A stretch of DNA of 64,000 nucleotides from Octopus sinensis (Eukaryota): contig NC_043026.1 in the NCBI RefSeq assembly GCF_006345805.1, positions 12,999,579-13,063,578 of the forward strand, read 5' to 3'. Both the position numbers and the translations under genes were made by a program. Shown here in pieces: positions 22,465 to 33,604 of this stretch. A model generated the notes under the pieces. It did no database searches and was not told where the DNA came from. It saw only the letters and a program-made list of their open reading frames with translations. The first letter of the stretch is position 1, and each line of letters opens with the position of its first letter.

Positions 22465-24247
22465 TATCTTACAGTTGAAAGGTTTCCCTCCAGAATGAAT
22501 CTTTTTCTCATTAATTCACTACAAGACACAATAAATTTCTTACATCTTTCACAATGGAATTCTATTTCCTCCTGTGTGACAACATTTGTGGTCAATTAGA
22601 CTACCACTCTGAGTAAAAGATTTTCCACATCTTTCACAGTGGAATTCTATTTCCTCCTGTGTGACAACATTTGTGGTCAATTAGACTACCACTCTGAGTA
22701 AAAGATTTTCCACATCTTTCACAGTGGAATTCTATTTCCTCCTGTGTGACAACATTTGTGGTCAATTAGACTACCACTCTGAGTAAAAGATTTTCCACAT
22801 CTTTCACAGTGGAATTCTATTTCCTCCTGTGTGACGACATTTGTGGTCAATTAGACTACCACTCTGAGTAAAAGATTTCCCACATATTTCACAGTGGAAG
22901 GGTCTTTCTCCAGTGTGGACCCTTTTGTGTGCTTTCAGGGTGCTACTACAAGCAAAACAATTCCCACATAATTCACATTGGAATCGTTTCTCCCCAGTGT
23001 GAATTCGTCTATGAACTCCAACTTGAAACTTATGAAGAAATTCTTTCCCATATATTCACAATTATTCTCTTTTATTCCAGAGTGTATTTTCTTATGGCGT
23101 GCACAAGAAGATTGATCAGAGAAGGATTTACCACACGTTTCACACTGGAAGGGTTTTTCCCCTGTATGGACCCTTTTATGTCTGTCTAAATCACTATTAG
23201 AGACAAAACATTTCCCACAGATTTCACAAGGAAAACGTTTTTCCCCAGTGTGTACAATTTTGTGTGTTCTTAATGTACTCCTAGAACCAAATGATTCTCC
23301 ACAGATTTCACAGTGGAACGGTTTTTCCCCAGTGTGTGTTTTTATGTGTGTTATTAAAACTCTATTTGTGACAAAAGATTTCTTACACAATTTACACTGG
23401 AATGGTTTCTCTCCTGTGTGACTACGTTTGTGAACCACAACATAAACATTCTTATTAAAAGACTTTCCACATATTTCACAATGGAAAGGCTTCTCCCCTG
23501 TGTGTATTGTTAAGACACTGCTAGAAACGAAAGATTTTCCACATATTTCACATCGGAATGGTTTCTCTCCAGTGTGACCACGTTTGTGAATTACAACAGA
23601 GGCAGAAGTAGCAAAAGATTTCCCACAGATTTCACATTGGTATGGTTTCTCTCCTGTGTGACGACGTTTGTGTCCAATGAGAGTAGAACTCTGAGCAAAA
23701 GATTTTCCACAAATTTCACAGTGGAAAGGTTTTTCCCCAGTGTGACTACGTTTGTGAATTACAACAGAGGCAGAAGTAGCAAAAGATTTTCCACAAATTT
23801 CACAGTGGAAAGGTTTTTCCCCAGTGTGACTACGTTTGTGAATTACAACAGAGGCAGAAGTAGCAAAAGATTTTCCACAAATTTCACAGTGGAAAGGTTT
23901 TTCCCCAGTTTGTGAGCTCCGAGATCATAATTTCTGTGAAATGATTTCCCACATATCTCACATTGTAAGGGTTTTTCTCCTGTATGTATTCGAATGTGTC
24001 CCTTTAAATCGCCATTAGAGATAAAACATTTCCCACAGATTTCACAACGGAACAGTTTTTCCTTCCTGTGTATTTCTTCATGTGAGAAGACTTCATCTTC
24101 TGAAGAGAATTTCTTCCTACAAATCTCACAGTGATATTCAGCAACACTTTTGTCTTCAGCTTCCTCATCTCTGTCTGTCTCTTCAACTGCATCTCCGTTC
24201 TCAAAAACAGTCGTCTTACAAGTGTCCAAGAGATTAACGTTCTCCAT
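22465..24247 (-). pseudogene. C2H2-ZNF pseudogene (MENVNLLDT leader; frameshifts at ~23910 and ~23055; 4 terminal 85-bp repeats)
   Basis: ORF pieces 23843-24247 and 22935-23438; inverted homolog of 15.5-17.1 kb. Confidence 0.9.
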
Positions 24248-24307
24248 ATGAATTCTTGGGGAATTCTTAAAAAGTAGACAAATGCTCGGTTTCTTATCGT
24301 TGATATC

Positions 24308-24395
24308 AAAGGCGGCGAGCTGGCAGAAAGGTTAGCACGCCGGGCGAAATGCTTAGTGGTATTTCGTCTGCCGCTACGTTCTGAGTTCAAATTTC
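24308..24395 (+). mobile_element. tRNA-derived SINE family 3, head only, replacing the proximal 5' module of the 24247 gene
   Basis: ggcggcgagctggcagaa...ctgagttcaaatt matches the head at 60570. Confidence 0.7.
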
Positions 24396-25009
24396 AATTT
24401 AAAAAGAAATAATCACAATTCGATGATTTCGATTCGAAAGACGAGCAATAGGCGGTGTCGTTGATAAGCTTTCCCCTAGTGTAAACGATACCGGTGACAT
24501 ATATTAAAAATCCCCAACATAATATAACACACGCCCAATTACATTAATTTACGTTATTGATTGTATCCAGCATCACACAACACAATTTCATGTAGACAGG
24601 AGTGAGCTTCGACGTGGTCTTTCGACCTTGTAGAAATAACAGCTAAGTCTCAAATAGATTACATCATTCTGACTTAACAAAACAAAGGAGACATTCTACA
24701 GTGCGGTCTTCGACAAATAATTGTTGTTGACACACTACGGCAGAAATTGTATTCACCTTAATAGACGTCATTGATTGGTTGATATTGCTGAAATGCAAGA
24801 GATTAAACAACAAATAGCTTACAAACTACAGAATTTTCTCAAAAGAGCCGAGAGAAAAAAATGTTTTAGGTAACACACTTCCAGTATACGAAGTTTTAAA
24901 GTATTTAGTTACAAAAAAATTATTTTAAAAATCTGCCGGTCAAAATGAAAAGATCCGTTATTTCTATATTTTATGCAAACAAAATGCACAAGAAAGCTAC
25001 ACGTTTGCA

Positions 25010-25192
25010 TTATGTTATATATACAATAATAATAAAGGATGTTACCGTATACATTTCTACAAACCAAGGACGTTATATGGATCTCCTTGACTCAAGTCAG
25101 AGAAGGGGTGCGTATTATACACAAGGTTTAGGTTTTTCAGAGGTACAGACCCCTAAAAATCCCCCGGGCGGACTATACTCGAGGATTTACGG
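25010..25192. mobile_element. Hybrid half of a Tc2/pogo-like MITE (left border of the integrated block)
   Basis: Ends ...tatactcgaggatttacgg|TA; homologous to the reverse complement of 52211-52360. Confidence 0.8.
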
Positions 25193-25765
25193 TACATTGC
25201 TATAATATCCGAAGCGTACTCATTTCCAGTTGAAAACTATATTCTAACCAAACGTTTTTTTGAGTGGGGATTTTTATTTTCGTCACCGCTTATATTCAAA
25301 CAAGGGAAAAAGTATCATCGACACCGTCTATTTTCTAATTTTCTTAATTAAATCTTTAAATCATTCGTTTTTTCGGATGAACGTTACCGGGCTACGAACA
25401 AGTCTGGTTTTTAGGGGTTCGTTCGACCCAACTCGACAAAACCAAAGCAAACATTCCACTGTCCCAGATTAATTATTTCATTTGATCAAAGCTTTAAATC
25501 GTTAATTGGTTTTTCCCTATTTTACAGAAAAGGAGGAAATGGCTTTTAATCAACAACAAATCAATCAACGAACTTTCTTCAGCCTTCTCCACTCTTCATT
25601 TGGACTTTATACCAAACATTCTACTGGTGAGTAGGAAATATATCTACATTGCATCTGTTCCACACTTGTAAACGGAGGACTGTGATATCTGAGACAAGAA
25701 ATTGAACCACAATAAATTAACTCACAGACGTTTGTCAGCTTTTTAAGAATTGCTCAAGAAATAAT

Positions 25766-28700
25766 ATGGAGACCGTTGATCACTTGGACACAATTGTTTT
25801 GAACGATACAGATACAGATAGAGAGACAGACGGGGATGAGAAAACTGTTAATGGTGAAGTATTTACTAAAGAAAGATCGAGACAGGGAAATATCACCGAA
25901 TATAAATGTGATGTTTGTAGGAAGACATTCTCTTCGGAGCAAGAAGTCTTTAAACACAAAGAAACACACAATAAGGAAAAAGCCTATAATTGTGAAATAT
26001 GTGGGAAATATTTTGTCTCTGAAGATGTCTTAACAAAACACAAACGGATACACACTGGAGCAAGACTGTTTCATTGTGAGATCTGTGGAAAATCGTTTCA
26101 ATGCAATTCTCATCTTGCAATACACACTCGTAGTCACACTGGGGAGAAACCATTCAAGTGTGAAATATGTGCAAAATCATTTGTCTGTAAAAGTGTACTA
26201 AAAATTCACAAAAGAATCCACTCTGGAGGAAAATTATTTCATTGTGAAATTTGTCAGAAATATTTTCTATTTAACAGTGATTTAAACAGACATAAACGAA
26301 TCCATAGTGGTGAGAAACCGTTTAGTTGTGAGATCTGCGGGAAATCATTTCTTAACAATTCTCATCTTGCAACACACACACGTCGTCACACTGGGGAGAA
26401 ACCATTCAAGTGTGAGATATGTGCAAAATCATTTATCTGTAAAAGTGAGCTAACATTTCACAAAAGACTCCACACTGGAGAAAAATTACTCCATTGTGAA
26501 ATATGTCCGAAATATTTTCGTTTTAACTGTGATTTAAACAGACATTTAAGAACACATTCAAGTGAAAAACCATTCCACTGTGAAACGTGTGGGAAAAGCT
26601 TTACTGATAACAGTGGCTTAACGAAACACAAAGGAATCCACACTGGAGCAAGACTGTTTCATTGTGAGATCTGTGGAAAATCGTTTCAATGCAATTCTCA
26701 TCTTGCAATACACACTCGTAGTCACACTGGGGAAAAACCATTCAAGTGTGAAATATGTGCGAAATCATTTGTCTGTAAAAGTGTACTACACAAACATAAA
26801 AGGATCCACTCTGATGAGAAACCCTTCAGTTGTGAGATCTGCGGGAAATCATATATTAACAATTCTGATCTTATTCTACACACTCGTAATCACACTGGGG
26901 AGAAACCATTCAAGTGTGAAATATGTGCAAAATCATTTGTCTGTAAAAGTGAACTAAACAAACATAAAAGGATCCACTCTGATGAGAAACCCTTCAGTTG
27001 TGAGATCTGTGGAAAATCGTTTCTTTGCAATTCTCATCTTGCAATACACACTCGTAGTCACACTGGGGAGAAACCATTCAAGTGTGAAATATGTGCAAAA
27101 TCATTTGTCTGTAAAAGTGAACTAAACAAACATAAAAGGATCCACTCTAATGAGAAACCCTTCAGTTGTGAGATCTGTGGAAAATCGTTTCTTTGCAATT
27201 CTCATCTTGCAATACACGCTCGTAGTCACACTGGGGAGAAACCATTCAAGTGTGAAATATGTGCAAAATCATTTGTCTGTAAAAGTGAATTAAACAAACA
27301 TAAAAGGATCCACTCTGATGGGAAACCCTTCAGTTGTGAGATCTGCGGGAAATCATTTCTTAGAAATTCTGAACTTTCAGTACACACACGTCGTCACACT
27401 GGGGAGAAACCATTCAAGTGTGAAATATGTGCAAAATCATTTGTCTGTAAAAGTGAACTAATCAAACATAAAAAGATCCGCTCTGATGAGAAACCGTTTA
27501 GTTGTGAGATCTGCGGGAAATCATATATTAACAATACTGATCTTGTCCTACACACACGTCGTCACACTGGGGAAAAACCATTCAAGTGTGAAATATGTGC
27601 AAAATCATTTGTCTGTAAAAGTGTACTAACAGCTCACAAAAGGATCCACTCTGATGAGAAACCCTTCAGTTGTGAGATCTGCGGGAAATCATTTCTTAGA
27701 AATTCTGATCTTGTTCGACACACACGTAGTCACACTGGGGAAAAACCATTCAAGTGTGAAATATGTGCAAAATCATTTGTCCGTAACAGTGTTTTAAACA
27801 GCCATAAAAGAATCCACTCTGATGAGAAACCCTTCAGTTGTGAGATCTGAGGGAAATCATTTCTTAGAAATTCTGATCTTGTTCTACACACACGTCGTCA
27901 CACTGGGGAGAAACCATTCAAGTGTGAAATATGTGCAAAATCATTTGTCTGTAAAAGTGAACTAAACAAACATAAAAGGATCCACTCTGATGAGAAACCC
28001 TTCAGTTGTGAGATCTGCGGGAAATCATTTCTTAGAAATTCTGATCTTGTTCTACACACTCGTAGTCACACTGGGGAAAAACCATTCAAGTGTGAAATAT
28101 GTCAGAAATCATTTGTTTGTAAAAGTGTACTAACAGCTCACAAAAGAATCCACTCTGATGAGAAACCCTTCAGTTGTGAGATATGCTTCAAATCATTTCT
28201 TAACAATTCTGATCTTGTTCTACACACACGTTGTCACACTGGGGAGAAACCATACAACTGTGAGATATGTGCAAAATCATTTATCTCAAAATGTCGACTA
28301 AAAATTCACAAAAGACTCCACACTGGAGCAAGACTGTTTCATTGTGAGATCTGTGGAAAATATTTTCTCTCCAATTATGCTTTAAACAGGCATAAACAAA
28401 CACATACAGGGGAGAAGCCTCACCATTGTGAGGTGTGTGGAAAAAGTTTCACTCAAGCCTCTCATCTTGCAGTTCACAAACGGATCCACACAGGAGAAAG
28501 ACCTTTCCACTGCAGGGTTTGTGGCAAATCTTATAATACAAATTTTACTCTTGTTCTTCACTTACGTAGTCACACAGGTGAAAGACCTTTCCATTGTGAA
28601 ATCTGTGGTAAATCCTTCTCTAATAATTCTTCTCTTGTAGTTCACAAACGAACTCACACTGGAGATAAACCTTTCCATTGTGGAATATGTGGAAAGTCTT

Positions 28701-29782
28701 TTGTCAGGAGCAGCCACTTAAACACACACAAATTTATTCACTCTAGAGGAAAAAGGTTTCACTGTGAAATGTGCGGGAAATGGTTCACTCTTAATTCTAC
28801 GCTTGTCATTCATAAACGAATTCACACTGGAGATAAACCTTTCCATTGTGGAATATGTGGAAAGTCTTTTGTCAGGAGCAGCCACTTAAACACACACAAA
28901 TTTATTCACTCTAGAGGAAAAAGGTTTCACTGTGAAATGTGCGGGAAATGGTTCACTCTTAATTCTACGCTTGTCATTCATAAACGAATTCACACCGGAG
29001 AAAAGCCTTATTGTTGTGATATATGTGGCTCATTGTTTGTCTCTCGCAGTAACTTAACGAAGCACGAACGAGTCCATACAGGAGACAAACCATTTGGCTG
29101 TGAAATATGTGGAAAATCTTTTGTTTGTAGCAGTGACTTAACGAGGCATAGAAGGGTCCATACTGGGGAAAAACCTTTCCACTGTGAAATATGTGGAAAA
29201 TCTTTTTCTCAGAATCCTCATCTTGTAATTCACAAACGTGGCCACACTGGAGAAAAGCCGTTCCACTGTGAAATGTGTGGGACATCATTTGTGTCTAGCA
29301 CTACCTTAACACAACACAAAAGGATACACTCAAAAGAGAAAGCATTTGGCTGTGAAATATGTGGGGAATCTTTTGTTTGTAGCAGTAAATTAACGAGGCA
29401 TAAAAGACTGCATTCTGAACAGAAACGCTTCCACTGTGAAATGTGTGGAAAATCTTTTACTCTGAATTCTCGTCTTGTAATTCACAAACGTCATCACACT
29501 GGAGAGAAGCCGTTCCACTGTGAATTCTGTGGGACATCGTTTGTGTCTGAGAGTGGCTTAACAAAACACAAAAGGATACATAAAGTTGAAGGACGTTTTT
29601 TTTGTGAAATCTGTGGGAAATGTTTTGCATCTAACAGTAACTTAACAGAACACAAAAGGGTCCATGCAGGGGAACAACGTTTTCCTTGTGAAATCTGTGG
29701 GAAATGTTTTGCATATAACAGTAACTTAACAGAACATAAAAGGATTCACTCTGGAGGGAAACCTTTTAACAGTGGAATATGA
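25766..29782 (+). CDS. Chimeric C2H2-ZNF frame: 46-aa leader + 46 finger repeats (1,338 codons) with a single in-frame TGA at 27848-27850; the upstream ORF alone gives 694 aa / 23 fingers
   Basis: Both ORF pieces (25766-27850 and 28433-29782) are in the same frame. Manual translation of 27851-28432 shows no stop. Confidence 0.88.
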
Positions 29783-32632
29783 TAAATCCTTAAAAACTTA
29801 CCAGGAATGGGACCAAAACATAAGAAAACGAGATCGGTTTGAGACGAAATCGTTAGTAAACGAATGAAGGACAAAATAATGAGCAGAATAAAGGTTTAGG
29901 GCCCCAGGAAAACAAGGATTAAATGAAAATAGTCGATAGAGAGCAAGAAAAGCCTTTGGGCTGCTGGACAAGACAAGAATGGGGAATGCGAAAGAGAAAT
30001 GAAAACTGTTGTAAAGGACAATGAACACTGGGTCGGTAGAGCAAGGAGCTCAAAAAATTGTGACCAGTGCGGACGAGGGCAACGCGTAAAAAGAATGACC
30101 ACTGCCTCAGGCAATCACCAATCACATTCTCAAGCAGTAATGTAATTTAGATAGAGATCGTTATGGCCAGTGTCATAGGCCACCGGCTGTTAGTGTCTGA
30201 AGGGGTGGTGTAGTGCTGTGTATTTTCTGGATGCAGAACCCTGGGTAACCCCATAGAACAGCCATAACTATCTTCATCTAATATATATGTATGTGTGTAA
30301 ATAGGTTTCTTTGTGTCTGCATCTGGCAAGTTATCTAACGCCTTTCCTCAGTCTGGTATAATAATATAGATCAGACTGGAGCCTGGTGCAGCCTCCTGGC
30401 TTCCCAGACCCTGGTCGAACTGTCCAACCCATGCTAGCATGGAAAACGGACATTAAATGATGATGATATGTATGTGTGTGTGTATAATTTCAGTAAATCA
30501 TGAATAGAAAAGAGAAGTATACTCTAAGTCATAGAGTAATTAGACAAAGGTAGTTATGGGCAGTGTATGGTTTTACACAGGGATTTGAGTGCATGAAGGG
30601 CTTAGCTTTACAGCATCTCTTCAGAAATTTATGGTTGGTCACCAGGGGCATAAGCTGTTACGATCTGACAACTGCTCTAAAACTAAGCCCAGAGGCCAGC
30701 CACAACTATCTTTATCTAATATACATGTTTCTTTCTGTTTGCATCTTACAAGTTCTTTTCTCCGTCTGCTATAATAATATAGAACACTTGTCCAAGACAT
30801 CTCATAGTGGGACTGAAACCGATATCAACATGGTATGGTTTAGAAAAGTGTCTAAATTCTGTAATGGTGGTCATGTTGGAATATGAAACCAACAGCTGGA
30901 GAGAGATTCATCCAAGTGAAACCTTTTCACTTTACCTCGTCTATCACTAATTTTTAATTAAAACCACAGGAAATTCAAAATCATTTTAAATAAAAATTTA
31001 TTCTTTATATTCCTTAGACTAGCATAAAACCACAAATTATTCAATGATGAAATCAGAAACAAGCAAAGAACATTCAATGTAAAAAGCAGACTTTCCTTTT
31101 CTTTGTGTCAATCAGATCCAGCAAAAACAGAGATCACTGAGAAATTTAGGCAAAACTTTATCATTGAAATTTGTGAGGAAATATTTTTTTGTCAATTTAA
31201 AATATTTTGTTAAAAATGTTCTGAATTTTGAAATTAAAATCCTTTCATTTTAATAATTTGTTGCATTATATTTTCTGGTCAGTTGATGTGATTCTTTCCA
31301 TTTTGATTCTTGAGTGAAAAACTTTCTTTTATTAAACAACATAAAACCACGTTTGCACTGCCAACTCCCTTATAATCAGGGGCTGTATTGTTCCCCTTCC
31401 AATCGAGGCTGCAGGTTTCTGCTTTCCAATCTTCATTTCTACTCCCTGATCTTTTATTCTTTGTTGCAGTCATTTTCCTGACAGGTATGAGGAAACAATG
31501 TCTGTAGGGGCAGGTGGAGGTGTACATTTGTACAGGTAAGCCTATATCAGTGGGGGAAGTTATTAAAGTACATACTATTAACAATAAAAATTTGCACAAT
31601 GACTTCTGAGTGCAACCTATGGCAACGGTTCACCTGCCCTCAGCATCTCTCTCTCCCTCCAACTCCGTTTCTGGCTTAAGTTTCCGTCTGCCGGCCTGAG
31701 CGATGTGGAACACATTGCATTTTATGAAATGGAAGTCAAGATTTGAATGGACTTACAAATACGAAAGACAAAAAGAACAACGAAGCAGAGATGCTTTTAT
31801 AGAAAGCGAGTGGAATATCTGTTGGATGTCTTGCAAACTACTTGCACATGCAAGAGCTACCAGTTAAAAGCTCCGTATACCGGAAGCTAGCAAGTGTATG
31901 GGGTCATCAGGAGAGAATGCGCGCCGTTTCGGGGCCTACCTCTCGACGGCTCCCCCTCACTGATATGAGGCCCCGCTTGCTAGATCAGCTGGTTATGAAG
32001 TTAAACTCAACATCCTTCTAGCCATCGCTCATCGTCTCTTTTTAACCAAATCCAGTGGCTAGCCTTCTCCATTTCGGGGCCTACTTCTCGACGGCATCAA
32101 TGCGCACTGCCCCCCACCTCACTGATATGAGGCCCCGCTTGCTAGATCAGCTGGTTATGAAGTTAAGCTCAATATCCTTCTAGCCATCACTCATCGTCTC
32201 TTTTTAACCAAATCCAGTGGCTAGCCTTCTCCACCGTAGATTAGAAAAGCATTTATGAGAGACAAACGCGAAAAATAAAGAAAACGATTCCAGCTCGTGT
32301 GGAATGATTTGAACGTATAAAACTTGTAAACAGAAACAAATTGGACAGCTTCAAAAGCTAGAATCACTTACAGAAAAAGAAGTTTATATATATGTAAATA
32401 TATAAACAAAGTTACGTAGCATATTGTAGAAGGGGTGAAGAAATGTTACTGGCTTTAGGAAAAGAAAGTACAAGTGGATCAGTTATTTAGGATTTTATTC
32501 AACGTCCCCTTCTCACATTCATTCAGTGCAGCCAATCTTCAGTTTTTCTAGGTCATCTAAAAGAACTCGGAAGGTGGGGCCTGAAACCAGGCCTTCCGCC
32601 ACCCACTTAAAGTCGGGAGCTGCCCTCATATA
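29783..32632. repeat. Segmental duplicate (inverted) of 52639-55484
   Basis: Collinear reverse-complement match at both ends and throughout, including the shared ~145-160-bp tandem duplication at 31927-32233. Confidence 0.95.
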
Positions 32633-33150
32633 CCGTAAATCCTCGAGTATAATCCGCATTTTTCCCCCAAAATTTAAAGGTCAGAATCCCTAGTGCGTAC
32701 TATATACGAGGTTCAAAAATGACAATTATTTTCTAAGCAATGACCAAGTCTCTATTTGCTGTCCGGCAATGTTTATTCAGACGCATTTTGTGATGTCGGG
32801 CGCTAAAATACCTTCAGCTAAGCCTGAAAGCAATGAAGTCATAAAAGAATCATCCATAACTTGCAATAAGCAACATTTATTAAACGTTATTACTGTTATT
32901 TCTTTATTTTATGTTATATATACAATAATAATAAAGGATGTTATATAGATCTCCTTGACTCAAGTTAGAGAAGGGGTGCGTATTATACACCAGGTTTAGG
33001 TTTTTCAGAGGTACAGCCCCCTAAAAATCCTCTGCGTATTATACCCAAGGGCGTGAAAATACCTTAAGCTAAGCCTGAAAGCAATGAAGTCATAAAAGAA
33101 TCATCCATAACTTGCAATAAGCAACATTTATTGAACGTTATTATTGTTAT
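32633..33150. mobile_element. Hybrid Tc2/pogo-like MITE (right border of the integrated block) plus a partial internal repeat
   Basis: TA|ccgtaaatcctcgagtataatccgc TIR; the distal TIR is absent and the sequence diverges from the 52211 copy after 32990. Confidence 0.8.
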
Positions 33151-33604
33151 TGGATCTTTTTGCTGAACGGCAGACTTTTAAAATAATTTCTTTGTAATTA
33201 AACACTTTTAAACTTCGTATACTGGTATAAATGTGTTTACATAACTTCTTTTACACTTGGCTTTCTTGAGAAAATTCTGTAGTTTGTAAGCTATTTGTTG
33301 TTTAATTTCTTGCATTTCAGCAATTTCAACCAATCAATGACGTCTATTGAGGTGAATACAATATCTCCGGATCTTTGTCAACAACAATTACTTGCTGTGT
33401 CTTCTTCTATGTTTAGCAGTTGGAAGAAGGCAGTCTGGGTCAAATGCTTCTTTTGGCTGTCTCCACATGTATACTAGGCCAGTGGGGTCGATCTAATTTA
33501 CTGGCTCCCTCCCCCCAAATTTCAGGCCTTGTGCCTAGAGTAGAATAGAATATTCATAACTTCTGATGATTTGCTGTGCATTGCAATATTTAAAAGAGAT
33601 TTAA

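Noticed and set aside
27848-30300. Selenocysteine decoding of the Cys-position UGA
   Set aside because: No SECIS was recognisable by eye downstream, and the paralog has ordinary Cys. A SECIS search would be needed to revive this.
31740-31900. Possible transposase relic (YLLDVLQTTCTCKSYQL resembles a MULE SWIM start)
   Set aside because: It lacks the second CxH, is surrounded by stops, and an alternative frame is equally open; too weak without a profile search.
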